Below are positions 17,839-27,391 of a stretch of DNA of 64,000 bases, piece after piece. The stretch's first letter is position 1. Each line of letters begins with the position of its first letter. Under the pieces are notes generated by a model, which ran no database searches, had not been told where the DNA came from, and saw only the letters and a program-made list of their open reading frames with translations. The stretch is taken from IMG/VR virus record IMGVR_UViG_3300049793_000366, positions 124,001-188,000 of that record; one strand, given 5' to 3'. The position numbers and the translations under genes are program-made.

Positions 17839-19719
17839 ATGGCATCAAAAATACATGGTAAGCAAATTAAAGATACCAGTATCTCGTTAGCTAAAATTAG
17901 TCCAATTACTGGTCAAGTTTTAACATTAGCAGGTACAACAAAAATTCAACAAAATGCATTACCAACGATTGCAACTGATTTAACCAACAAGCAATATGTT
18001 GATTCTGTTGCTGCTGGTTTTGATCCGAAAGCATCTGTAAGAGTTGCCACAACTGGTAATATAAACTTAGCGAGTGCGCCTGCTACTATTGATGGTGTTT
18101 CGTTATCAAATGGTGATAGAGTTTTAGTTTGGCAACAATCATCTAATACTGAAAATGGTATTTATGATTACAATGGTTCTGGTTCAGCGATGACAAGGTC
18201 AACTGATATGGATGGTGCGCCAACCTCTGAGGTTTCTACTGGTAATAATACTTTCGTTACAGAAGGTCCAACTTATCAAGGTAATGGATATGTTGTTATA
18301 GCATCTGGTACTTGGTCTGGAAATTTAACTGTTGGTGTTGCTCCGATTGTTTGGACGCAATTTTCTGGTGCTGGTTCTTTTGTTTGGGGTGATGGTATCT
18401 CAAATACTGGTAATAATATTTTTGTGGATTTAGCTGGTGCATCTGGCTTAACATTCTCTGCTAATAAGTTGACTGTTGATTCAAATATCGCTGGTAGTGG
18501 ATTATCATTTTTATCTGGTGTTTTAAACGTAAATACAGGTAGTGGTTTAACTATCACTGCTGATAATGTTGTCGTTGATTATAGTACTGTTGGGAATATA
18601 ATGGGTGGTGCTGGTTTAACAGTATCGGGTAATACTTTAGGTGTTGGTGCTGGTTCTGGTATATCTGTTGGTGCTGATTCTGTTGCGGTTGATTATAACA
18701 CTGTTGGAAATGTGATGGGTGGTGCTGGTTTAACCGTATCAGGAAATACATTAGGTGTTGGATCTGGAAATACTGGTATATTAGTAACTGCTGATGGTGT
18801 TGGTTTATCAATGTCTGTTACAACTGACTCGTCATTATCTTTAATAGCTGATGGTTTAAAATTAAACAGAACTACATTAGCTAACAATATGTTAGGTTTA
18901 GGTACTTCTTCATCTTTAACTGCTTCTGCTGGTAACTTACAAGTTTTAGTAGATGGTACAACAATAACAAGAAATGTAAATGGTCAATTAGTAGCGAATG
19001 TTACTGATGCTTCAACTCTTGCTGGTGCTGGTTTAACATCATCTGGTAATGTGTTAAATATATTATCTGGTAACACTGGTATCTTAGTAACGGCTGATGC
19101 TGTTGGTTTATCGATGTCAGCGACAACAGATTCATCATTATCTTTAGTCGGTGATGGTTTAAACTTAAATATAACTACATTAGCTACTAACTTAGAGGGT
19201 ACTGGTTTAACATCAAGTGCTGGTAAGTTAAACGTAGTCACTGGTACTGGTATTACAATATCTGGTGATGCTATCACAACAAATGCGGCTCTTATTAATA
19301 CTACTGCTTATTTAAATACAACTAACGTAGCTACTGGTTCATCTGTTCAAGCGGCTTTAAGTGCTATTGACACTGCATTAGCAATGTTGAGTGGTACAAT
19401 AGAAACAATTTCTGTTAGTAGTAATCCTACTGGCACATTCTTAGCATCTGTTACAACGCCTGTTGCTATTAATACGGGTGTTACATACTCAAGATTATCA
19501 AGTGGTGAAGCATTTGTTTTTGTAAATGGTGTTAGTTACGGAGTTGGTAATTCTGGTACAGCATCAGATTTCTTCTTCGCTGCTACTACATCATATTCTG
19601 GTTCATTAACTGCGTCATCTACTGTATATGTGGGTTCATATTTATGGTCTACTGTATCAGCATTAGGTTTCGACTTAGATACGACAGATGAAGTTCTCGT
19701 AAAATATAACGCTTATTAA
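17839..19719 (+). CDS. Tail-fibre/whisker-like structural protein with internal repeats
   Basis: TNKQYVD, IDGVSLSNGDRVLVWQQ..ENGIY head domain, many GxGL-T-x-SG repeats. Confidence 0.75.
   Translation: MASKIHGKQIKDTSISLAKISPITGQVLTLAGTTKIQQNALPTIATDLTNKQYVDSVAAGFDPKASVRVATTGNINLASAPATIDGVSLSNGDRVLVWQQSSNTENGIYDYNGSGSAMTRSTDMDGAPTSEVSTGNNTFVTEGPTYQGNGYVVIASGTWSGNLTVGVAPIVWTQFSGAGSFVWGDGISNTGNNIFVDLAGASGLTFSANKLTVDSNIAGSGLSFLSGVLNVNTGSGLTITADNVVVDYSTVGNIMGGAGLTVSGNTLGVGAGSGISVGADSVAVDYNTVGNVMGGAGLTVSGNTLGVGSGNTGILVTADGVGLSMSVTTDSSLSLIADGLKLNRTTLANNMLGLGTSSSLTASAGNLQVLVDGTTITRNVNGQLVANVTDASTLAGAGLTSSGNVLNILSGNTGILVTADAVGLSMSATTDSSLSLVGDGLNLNITTLATNLEGTGLTSSAGKLNVVTGTGITISGDAITTNAALINTTAYLNTTNVATGSSVQAALSAIDTALAMLSGTIETISVSSNPTGTFLASVTTPVAINTGVTYSRLSSGEAFVFVNGVSYGVGNSGTASDFFFAATTSYSGSLTASSTVYVGSYLWSTVSALGFDLDTTDEVLVKYNAY
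18574..19190 (+). repeat. Intragenic duplications in the fibre gene
   Basis: VDY[SN]TVGN[IV]MGGAGLTVSGNTLGVG occurs twice; GNTGILVTAD[GA]VGLSMS[VA]TTDSSLSL..DGL.LN occurs twice. Confidence 0.75.
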
Positions 19720-19723
19720 AAAC

Positions 19724-19752
19724 AAAGCCCTCTTAACTAAGAGGGCTTTTTT
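19724..19752. terminator. Bidirectional intrinsic terminator
   Basis: AAAGCCCTCTTA-ac-TAAGAGGGCTTTTTT between convergent genes. Confidence 0.8.
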
Positions 19753-19753
19753 A

Positions 19754-20386
19754 TTAGCTTATTTGTCTTCTTATAAATTCAACTATTAATGAATTCTTAA
19801 GTGCATCAGTTGGTGAGTGATACCATTTCCATGTATATGTACTTTCGGTAAATGTAACCTTATCCTTTAGCTCTACTATTTTTGACTCAAGCTTTTCTAT
19901 TTCGGTTTCTTCCATCTCATATTGGATGTTTAATTGGTCACATATTCTATAAAGATTGTGTATGTCTAATTTCTCATAATATTTAGTTGCTTGTATATAC
20001 AATTCATTCAATCTTTTATCATTGATTTTATCTGGGTGAGTTAACTTAACTATGGCTCTATATAATATTTTAAGTCTACCGTCAACTGGTGCTTTTTCTT
20101 CCTCTTCAAGTACTTCATCTATTTGTTCATCTATAACAGAAATTTCTTCTGTTTCGGATAATTCTTGTTTTTTCTTAATTTGGTCAAATATAATATCGAT
20201 TTTTTGCTGAGTCTTCTTCTCATACAATTCTTTAAGGTCTGGGAATTTAACTAAGAACTCATTTACACTTTTAATAAAATCTACATCAATCTCGGATATC
20301 AACTCTTGTCGATATTCGCATTCTGATTGTAAATACTCAAACTCCTTAAATGCCTTTTTAAGTTTAAGCTGTTTTATCTTATCCAT
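19754..20386 (-). CDS. J-domain-like (DnaJ/HscB-like) co-chaperone
   Basis: LKILYRAIVKLTHPDK with HPD motif. Confidence 0.65.
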   Translation of the reverse strand: MDKIKQLKLKKAFKEFEYLQSECEYRQELISEIDVDFIKSVNEFLVKFPDLKELYEKKTQQKIDIIFDQIKKKQELSETEEISVIDEQIDEVLEEEEKAPVDGRLKILYRAIVKLTHPDKINDKRLNELYIQATKYYEKLDIHNLYRICDQLNIQYEMEETEIEKLESKIVELKDKVTFTESTYTWKWYHSPTDALKNSLIVEFIRRQIS

Positions 20387-20450
20387 ACAGTTTATATATA
20401 AATCGCTTCAATCTTTGATGAAATAATATTTAAAATTTAATATATACTTT

Positions 20451-21347
20451 ATGGTAAATAGACTAGCAGAACCGATTAGAATAATGAATGATTATAGGAA
20501 TGACTATGAAAAGATGAAAGAAGAATTTTCTAAGTTAGATAATATTACATTATTTAGATTTAAGAACTACCTTACGAATGGTGGTGATAATCACGTTTTT
20601 AGAGATGTTGTGAATAATCTTAAAGAGGTTATTGATGCTAAAATCATCAAGGTTGTAGAGGGTTTACTTAATGAAGATGATGGTGGTGCTGGTTCTACTG
20701 GTACTGCAATGGTTGGTCAAGGTTCTGTATCTGGAATGGGTAATGTTGTTTCAGCACAACCTGGTGTAGTACCAGGTACATTTGGAACTGATGGTTCTGG
20801 TGATATTGGTGTTCCATTCAATGCGATTGGTGGTTCTAAATTAGCACAGAAAATTCCATCTGCTAAATTTATTCGCGATAGAAGAACTAAAAAGGGTATG
20901 TCACATGGTCCAAGAACTGGAAAGCCATCGAGATTAAAACCACCAGTTACAGATTTAAAATATCTTAAACCAGCTAAAACAACTAAAATAGACGATATGA
21001 AACCAAAAAAGGTGATGAGTTATAATGACTTTCAAGTTGATACAATCAGTACTGTAACAAATGTAAGAGAATCAATAAATGAAGGAGCTGTTAAACACGT
21101 AATGATGAATTTACAAGAAATGACAAATGATATCGCTCTATCTAAATTGAAGTCTGTTGAACTTGGTTTAAAAGATTCTGATTTGCAAACATTATCACAA
21201 TTTATATCGGATAAAGCATCTGAGATGGTCGAAGATGGTAGTCTTGAACCAGTATTTTCAAAAGATATGCCAATTGATATTCTTAGTAAGTCAAAACTTG
21301 ATACAGTTACGAACTTAGTAAACGATATCTTATTCGGCAGAAAGTAA
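20451..21347 (+). CDS. Hypothetical protein, probable head-internal/scaffold protein
   Basis: AATATATA 20439-20446; LLNED and SINEG cleavage-like sites; Gly-rich linker. Confidence 0.55.
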   Translation: MVNRLAEPIRIMNDYRNDYEKMKEEFSKLDNITLFRFKNYLTNGGDNHVFRDVVNNLKEVIDAKIIKVVEGLLNEDDGGAGSTGTAMVGQGSVSGMGNVVSAQPGVVPGTFGTDGSGDIGVPFNAIGGSKLAQKIPSAKFIRDRRTKKGMSHGPRTGKPSRLKPPVTDLKYLKPAKTTKIDDMKPKKVMSYNDFQVDTISTVTNVRESINEGAVKHVMMNLQEMTNDIALSKLKSVELGLKDSDLQTLSQFISDKASEMVEDGSLEPVFSKDMPIDILSKSKLDTVTNLVNDILFGRK

Positions 21348-21412
21348 TCATAATATTTTGAATATTCAAACATTTTGCTTATATTTACGTATAAGAAGAA
21401 AAAGTGAGTTGA

Positions 21413-21979
21413 ATGACTGAAACTGATTTATCACAAAAGTCTGAAAAAATTATCATCGTTGGTCCTGCCGCTTCTGGTAAAGACTATCTTATACAATATT
21501 GCATTGAACACGGATTAAAGCGCGGAATGAAATGGACAACACGACCATCACGAAAGGGTGAAGTGGAAGGTGTTGATTATCATTTTGTTAACGACTCCAA
21601 ATTTGAAAATATGATTACTGAATGTAGATTTCACGAGTGGCAAACTTTTGAAGTTACTGAAAGAGGTCATAAGAAGACTTGGTACTATGGTTCTACTTGG
21701 GAAGATTTCGATGAAGGGCAAGTTTTTATAAAAACACCAGCCGCCGTAGAAAAATTAACCGATGAACAACGAAAAAGATGCTTTATCGTTTATTTAGATA
21801 TACCATTAGAGGTTAGGAGAAATAGGTTAATTGAACGTTTAAACACATTGGATGATACTGATTCATTCGAAAGAAGAATAAGCGGTGATAATAAAGACTT
21901 TGAAGATTTTAAAGATTATGATATGCGAATACAGGATCCGGATTTTGATGCTGATATGATATTAGGATTTCTTAACTAA
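21413..21979 (+). CDS. gmk: Guanylate kinase
   Basis: GPAASGKD P-loop, TTRPSRKGEVEGVDYHFV, WYYGS; upstream TTTG-N19-TATATTTA promoter variant. Confidence 0.88.
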   Translation: MTETDLSQKSEKIIIVGPAASGKDYLIQYCIEHGLKRGMKWTTRPSRKGEVEGVDYHFVNDSKFENMITECRFHEWQTFEVTERGHKKTWYYGSTWEDFDEGQVFIKTPAAVEKLTDEQRKRCFIVYLDIPLEVRRNRLIERLNTLDDTDSFERRISGDNKDFEDFKDYDMRIQDPDFDADMILGFLN

Positions 21980-21983
21980 AACA

Positions 21984-22007
21984 AAAGCCCTCACTGAGGG
22001 CTTTTTT
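21984..22007. terminator. Bidirectional intrinsic terminator
   Basis: AAAGCCCTC-act-GAGGGCTTTTTT. Confidence 0.75.
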
Positions 22008-22009
22008 AA

Positions 22010-22291
22010 TTATTTCTTATTTCGTTTACTTTCCACTACTTCATCACCAATTACGGGTCTTCTTAATGTATCAGAAGTCGGTGGTGCTGTATTTCTTCTT
22101 CTATAAGCGTTTGTATTTACTGGAATTGTTTCTTCCTGTGAACAACAAACATCACAACATTCACCCTTACCACATTCCTCACAATCGCAATTTTTACAAG
22201 AGCTTTCAGCTCCCTCTGGTTGTTCATCGTCTACCGGAATTCTATCCGCATCGATGAAAAAGAATTCGTTAAACGATTTGAGTTTTTTCAT
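22010..22291 (-). CDS. Small Cys-rich protein with capsid-targeting-like N-terminus
   Basis: MKKLKSFNEF; CKNCDCEECGKGECCDVCC metallothionein-like cluster. Confidence 0.6.
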   Translation of the reverse strand: MKKLKSFNEFFFIDADRIPVDDEQPEGAESSCKNCDCEECGKGECCDVCCSQEETIPVNTNAYRRRNTAPPTSDTLRRPVIGDEVVESKRNKK

Positions 22292-22347
22292 AGTGGTGTT
22301 TTATTTCTTTTATATATTAAAGATTTATGAAAGAAAATCCTTTTTCC

Positions 22348-23043
22348 TTACTGATTCCGGCGCATTATTTCTTTTTTTATAAAAGTTAATATCATTTTTC
22401 TACTTTTGCGTTCTATGTGTTGTTTAAAAATAAATTTAACTCTATCATTGTTGTTATACCAACCATACCAGTTATCATTTATCTTATCAATGTGTTTATT
22501 GAGTGTGATTAACTGACCACGCGAAAGTGATGAAACATCAATTATCAATCCAGTATTTGTCTTAACGATATTTAGCATTTCTGCTCTAATTGATGAATTA
22601 TAGATGCTTGTAGCGTTCCTATGTACACGAGACTGAAAGGAAATTAAATCCTCATTAACATCAGATGCATCTTCTATATCAATGTGTATGACATCTACGG
22701 TAATATTATCCAATTTAAAATCAACATACGTTTTTCCTAAATCCGCTTGTAATCTTTTACTACATGATTTAACAACTGTTACTAATTCGGTAATCTCATC
22801 AAGTTCATTAACGGACAGCCCTCGATAATCATCTTTTATTCGTCTGAATTCCAGCCTATAACAGGGTTTATATCCGTTTTTAGGGTTGCATTCGTGTTCT
22901 ATTCTATATCCCAAGTCTCGCCCGTAGTATTTATAGACATCTTCTGATAATTCGAAGCCGCTATCGATTAATGAGTAGAATATTTCCTCAAAATATGAGT
23001 TATTTTTGATATGGTCTTTTGTCCATAAGTCTATTGTGTCCAT
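22348..23043 (-). CDS. Hypothetical protein
   Basis: 231-aa ORF. Confidence 0.55.
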   Translation of the reverse strand: MDTIDLWTKDHIKNNSYFEEIFYSLIDSGFELSEDVYKYYGRDLGYRIEHECNPKNGYKPCYRLEFRRIKDDYRGLSVNELDEITELVTVVKSCSKRLQADLGKTYVDFKLDNITVDVIHIDIEDASDVNEDLISFQSRVHRNATSIYNSSIRAEMLNIVKTNTGLIIDVSSLSRGQLITLNKHIDKINDNWYGWYNNNDRVKFIFKQHIERKSRKMILTFIKKEIMRRNQ

Positions 23044-23110
23044 GATTCGTTGTATGAAATTTGGTAGTTAATGTTTTTTATAGTATATTTGTGTACTAAA
23101 AGTTCTAAGA

Positions 23111-23737
23111 ATGATAAAAGTTGGATTAACTGGTAATAGATATTCTGGTAAAAAAACAGTAGCTAAGTATTTTAAATCGCTTGGTGTGCCTGTGTTTGAC
23201 GCTGATGTGGTGATGAAATTCATCATAAATTATAATACTCAAATATTTAAAAAAATTAAACAAGAGTTCGGGGAAAATATTTCGAATTTGGGTTTAATTG
23301 ATACTCAGAGGTTTGATAGCGATGTTAAAATGAATAAGCTAATTGACCTGATTGAGTTTGATATGTGGGAATCGTACAGTAGATGGTTGGTGAAAAATAG
23401 CGATGCGCCTTATACGATTTTTAAATCATCAATTTTATTTGAGAGAAATCTGAAAAGAAGTTTCGATAAGACGATAAATGTCTTCTGTCCTGCGAAGGTT
23501 CGCTCTGAGAGATATGCGAATGACTCGATAGCAGGGATTAGTAAGTGGACTGTACTTGAGATTATGAAGCAAGAAATGGATGAATATGAGAAAAACGTAT
23601 TGTCAGACTTCATTATACACAATTATGATGCTATATCACCAATTGATAATCAGGTTAATTTTATCCACAAAGATTTAATTGAACTGGATGGGTCAAGTAA
23701 AAAGAAGTCAGACGAATTTGAAACTATTTTACCTTAA
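23111..23737 (+). CDS. coaE: Dephospho-CoA kinase
   Basis: MIKVGLTGNRYSGKKTV, GVPVFDAD, SDFIIHN; promoter TTTG 23060-23063 / TATATTTG 23084-23091. Confidence 0.82.
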   Translation: MIKVGLTGNRYSGKKTVAKYFKSLGVPVFDADVVMKFIINYNTQIFKKIKQEFGENISNLGLIDTQRFDSDVKMNKLIDLIEFDMWESYSRWLVKNSDAPYTIFKSSILFERNLKRSFDKTINVFCPAKVRSERYANDSIAGISKWTVLEIMKQEMDEYEKNVLSDFIIHNYDAISPIDNQVNFIHKDLIELDGSSKKKSDEFETILP

Positions 23738-23939
23738 TCATGAAGTTTTTACCCTCTTCAACTTTACCCTTAAGTGTGTTCAATGCCTTGCTAATCATGG
23801 CTTTATCCACCTCTGTGTATATGTCTGGGTTAGCACAAGCGATGTCTATCGCGCTAATTAATATGTTAACTGCTGTAGTTGGAGTAATATCCTTGTCTAA
23901 AATCTCAACTATTGCTTCTTGTTTAGTTACTGCGTCCAT
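23724..23939 (-). CDS. Hypothetical protein
   Basis: ATG ORF with TATATA motif upstream. Confidence 0.5.
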   Translation of the reverse strand: MDAVTKQEAIVEILDKDITPTTAVNILISAIDIACANPDIYTEVDKAMISKALNTLKGKVEEGKNFMIKVK

Positions 23940-24027
23940 AATAAATTTAAAATTTTCAGTATATATAATTTTTAGTGCAATTCATGCAACATCATGATAT
24001 ACTTAATACTCTTATAATTAGTTAAAA

Positions 24028-24669
24028 ATGGTTGGATATATTTTAATAGGCTTAGTTGTTGTCGGACTGACAATCGGACTTTGTAAGTATTGTGGTTATA
24101 ATCCCTTTGCTAAGAAGAAAACTCAAACTAAATTAGTCTCTGTTACCAATGAACAAGGTGAAGAGGTTATAGTTAAAGTTGAAGTAAAAGAAGAAGTGAA
24201 GAAGTATATGAAAATAGAAGAGTTTGATGTGAAGAAAGAAACTGCTCAGTTATTTTCAAACACATTCTATTCGATAATGAATGAAGCGGGTTGGAAAATG
24301 TCTCATTGGTACGACAGTATTAAATTTGAGAAAGAAGACAAGACTCGTCCGATAAGAAAATGGTGTACTTATACTAAAACCCATGTTAATGAGTTTTTAA
24401 AATTATGTGTTGAGGTAAATTACGAATTTAACCACAAGACTGGTCTAATGAGTATGAAGAAGACCGAGTTAGAGTGTGATACTAAATACACATTCGAGGG
24501 TGAATATGATGAAGAATTTGTCGATTATATTTATAATTGCTATTATGCTCATAAAACCGCTGAAAACAAGCAGAAACAAGACGCATTTGATAATTCATGT
24601 AGAACCATAAACAGCATTTTAGGGAAAACTGTTGAACGTGGTAGTAAACTTAATGAACTTTTGAAATAA
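24028..24669 (+). CDS. Membrane-anchored hypothetical protein with C-terminal RxxKLxxLL tag
   Basis: N-terminal TM; ends VERGSKLNELLK. Confidence 0.65.
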   Translation: MVGYILIGLVVVGLTIGLCKYCGYNPFAKKKTQTKLVSVTNEQGEEVIVKVEVKEEVKKYMKIEEFDVKKETAQLFSNTFYSIMNEAGWKMSHWYDSIKFEKEDKTRPIRKWCTYTKTHVNEFLKLCVEVNYEFNHKTGLMSMKKTELECDTKYTFEGEYDEEFVDYIYNCYYAHKTAENKQKQDAFDNSCRTINSILGKTVERGSKLNELLK

Positions 24670-24677
24670 AATAAGTA

Positions 24678-25007
24678 ATGTATTTATTAGTGCTAATACT
24701 GGGTAGTATTTTAGGGATAATTCTCTATAAGAAAGTCCCTGTATGGTTACATCACTACAAACCAGTTTTTTTCCCACCGAGAAAAACATATGAAATTCAA
24801 TTCAGACTTACTTGGTTATCACAGCCAAGTATATTCACCACTGATTTAAATGGTGATTTAGTTAAAACGAAGCCAATTACTGTTAGAATTACTGCTGACT
24901 CAGAACATGACGCATTGATGTATTTAAACGAATTGATTTTACAAGAAACTAAACCTGACTTGATAGCAATTAAAGAAGCAGATGAACAGGTTCAAGTTAA
25001 TAATTGA
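24678..25007 (+). CDS. Membrane-anchored hypothetical protein
   Basis: N-terminal TM helix. Confidence 0.55.
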   Translation: MYLLVLILGSILGIILYKKVPVWLHHYKPVFFPPRKTYEIQFRLTWLSQPSIFTTDLNGDLVKTKPITVRITADSEHDALMYLNELILQETKPDLIAIKEADEQVQVNN

Positions 25008-25182
25008 TGCTTTATCAAGTCTCATTATCCCAAATGATGAAATAAGAAAATTAGCGCATAATCGTGCCGCTAAATGCTCAGAATGTCCTTTCAATAAACA
25101 TAATTTCTGTACAGAATGTAAATGTTTTATTCCATTAAAAATACTCTCAAAAAGAGATAGATGTCCTATTGACAAATGGTAA
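24982..25182 (+). CDS. Small Cys-rich zinc-binding-like protein
   Basis: CSEC...CTECKC...CPIDKW. Confidence 0.6.
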   Translation: MNRFKLIIDALSSLIIPNDEIRKLAHNRAAKCSECPFNKHNFCTECKCFIPLKILSKRDRCPIDKW

Positions 25183-25508
25183 AAATTCGTGATGCGTTTA
25201 ATATAACGGGTAGAGGTATAGTCATTGTCGTTGATTCATTTGTTAAATGGGTACACGGTGATGAATTAGTAATCATATTGGAGGACAGATACTTACATTA
25301 TAAATTAACTGGTATAGAAAGCTTTACTCGAATGTCTGGTGTAAATGATGATTCAACCAAGAATGGATTTTTATTAAAACCAATTGATGCTAATTTTTAT
25401 TTAGGTCTGAATTCAATTGAAAAGAAGAAATACACTACTTCGCTTATTGGTAAAGAGATTATAGCAAAAGCCGAGTTAAGAAATCATAAATTAAATAATT
25501 TGCTATAA
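25176..25508 (+). CDS. Hypothetical protein with C-terminal RxxKLxxLL tag
   Basis: N-terminus resembles EF-Tu domain II start (DAFNITGRGIV); ends ELRNHKLNNLL. Confidence 0.55.
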   Translation: MVKIRDAFNITGRGIVIVVDSFVKWVHGDELVIILEDRYLHYKLTGIESFTRMSGVNDDSTKNGFLLKPIDANFYLGLNSIEKKKYTTSLIGKEIIAKAELRNHKLNNLL

Positions 25509-25544
25509 ACTTGCAAATTAGATATAATGTCCGTATATTTGTAT

Positions 25545-26165
25545 ATGGAAAAACATAATAAACTTCAGATTTCGCTTCGCTATTGGTTATTGGGTATAGC
25601 TCAAGAAAACCCAGAATACTACAAATGTATTGAAGCGATGGAATTTGCTTCTAAATTCCATAGTGGTAAAAGAAAAGATGGTGTAACTCCTGAGTTTACA
25701 CATCAGTTGACAATCGCGCATTATATCCGAACAATCAAAAACTCTTTGATGTTTCCTGCTGACACAATTACAACGGTTTTCTTACACGATGTACCAGAAG
25801 ATTATGATGTTGCCATTCCAGAAATACAAAATCTTTTCGGTGAAAGAGTAGCACACTCTACGTGGTTACTTACAAAATTTCACAAAGGAGTTAAGAAAAC
25901 TGATGAAGTCTACTTCGGTGATATGGCTAAAGATCCAATCGCATCAATTGGTAAAGGTGGTGATAGAATGCACAATCTTCAAAGTATGGTTGGAGTGTTT
26001 ACTATACCTAAGCAAAAAGACTATGTGAAAGAAGCAGAGGATAAAATTAAACCTATGATGAAAGAAGCACGTAGATTGTTTCCTCAGCAAGAATTAGCGT
26101 ATGAAAATACTAAACTAATTATCAATTCACAGATTGAATTAATCAAAGCTACCTGGGTTAAATAA
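25545..26165 (+). CDS. Small alarmone hydrolase-like (RelA/SpoT HD domain, Mesh1-like)
   Basis: FASKFHSGKRKDGVTPEFTH, LHDVPED, FGERVA, KGGDRMHNL; promoter TATATTTG 25534-25541 implies start at ATG 25545. Confidence 0.8.
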   Translation: MEKHNKLQISLRYWLLGIAQENPEYYKCIEAMEFASKFHSGKRKDGVTPEFTHQLTIAHYIRTIKNSLMFPADTITTVFLHDVPEDYDVAIPEIQNLFGERVAHSTWLLTKFHKGVKKTDEVYFGDMAKDPIASIGKGGDRMHNLQSMVGVFTIPKQKDYVKEAEDKIKPMMKEARRLFPQQELAYENTKLIINSQIELIKATWVK

Positions 26166-26704
26166 TGAAGCCGAATTTAAATACAATCTCAATAGAGATA
26201 CTTAAATCATTAGAACCTACCATAAAGGAGTTAGTGAAGCAACCTGAGATTTGGAATACACTTGATGTAGATTATTTCCCACCTCGTGTTGAAAGACTCT
26301 ATACTGACTATGATGGGTATCGTATCTATTTACACTATATCCACCCAACAGATAAGCCTTGTCTATTTCACAAACACAGATGGCCTGCCGCATTTAAGCA
26401 AGTAGCTGGTGCGTATGAAATGGGTATCTCATATAGCGAAAAAGAAATTACATCAGATGAAGCATATGACTTACCAATTTTAGCAAGATTCATTATTGGT
26501 ATCAACTCTTACTATGAAATGACACAGACTGATTGTTTACATTTTGTTAGTCCTAAGGGTGAGTATTCAGCGAGTATTATGATTACACCAAAGGATAAAT
26601 ATCCGGAGGCTGAATTCAGAAAAGAAGTTTTGGATAGAAAATTAGAAACATTTAGTGAACTTCGTAAGGTTACTTTACTACAATTCTTTAGTAAGGCAAT
26701 TTAA
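26165..26704 (+). CDS. Cupin-like hypothetical protein
   Basis: LHYIHP...FHKHRWP...GAYE...DCLHFV His-rich cupin-like pattern. Confidence 0.45.
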   Translation: MKPNLNTISIEILKSLEPTIKELVKQPEIWNTLDVDYFPPRVERLYTDYDGYRIYLHYIHPTDKPCLFHKHRWPAAFKQVAGAYEMGISYSEKEITSDEAYDLPILARFIIGINSYYEMTQTDCLHFVSPKGEYSASIMITPKDKYPEAEFRKEVLDRKLETFSELRKVTLLQFFSKAI

Positions 26705-26708
26705 TTAA

Positions 26709-26939
26709 GTGGAGTTAACTGAGAAACAATTCGAAATACTATACGAAGCGACAGATTGGCATTTGAAATTCTATAAGACTTATTCAAATGACCCACCAAC
26801 CTATGCTGAATTACTTAGATTGAATCATCAGAAAATTACAGACATTATTGAGGATGATATGAGTGAAGATGATATCACTTACTATCTCAATAAGATGAAG
26901 GATAATTATACAAATTTATACAATAGTTACAATACATGA
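26709..26939 (+). CDS. Hypothetical protein
   Basis: ORF in operon. Confidence 0.5.
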   Translation: MELTEKQFEILYEATDWHLKFYKTYSNDPPTYAELLRLNHQKITDIIEDDMSEDDITYYLNKMKDNYTNLYNSYNT

Positions 26940-27364
26940 TTTTAAAACTAATATATTATTTAATCTCACTACCTGTTCTGCTACACGAACATAATAGATT
27001 ATTGTCCGGTAAATCTGACACCAAGCAATTGAAATCGGAAGTAGAATTGCTATCTGATATGAATAAAAAGGGTGGTACTCTTGGTTCGATGAATGGTGCT
27101 GAGAAATCGATAGCAAAATCAATACTATATAAAATTTTATTTCAAATAACCTATATTATATGGGTTGTCGTTGGTCTAATGACCTTTAATTGGTGGATAT
27201 TTACTATCATACTTCTTATGTCTCAAATACCTAAGAAGAGTACTGTGGCTGTACGTTTGGATGCCGCGCTGACTATAATTATGGTCGTTTTTGCTATATT
27301 GAATACCTATGTTTATAAAATAGATGTAACTTTTTACATAAAAACATGGCTCGGACTTTTTTAA
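26936..27364 (+). CDS. Membrane protein
   Basis: Multiple hydrophobic helices. Confidence 0.6.
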   Translation: MILKLIYYLISLPVLLHEHNRLLSGKSDTKQLKSEVELLSDMNKKGGTLGSMNGAEKSIAKSILYKILFQITYIIWVVVGLMTFNWWIFTIILLMSQIPKKSTVAVRLDAALTIIMVVFAILNTYVYKIDVTFYIKTWLGLF

Positions 27365-27391
27365 TTAGAATTAAATACATATCTTTGTAGT

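Noticed and set aside
18276-19277. Minus-strand ORFs, including the Q/H-rich 85-aa ORF
   Set aside because: Antisense artefacts of the GGT/GCT/GTT-rich fibre gene.
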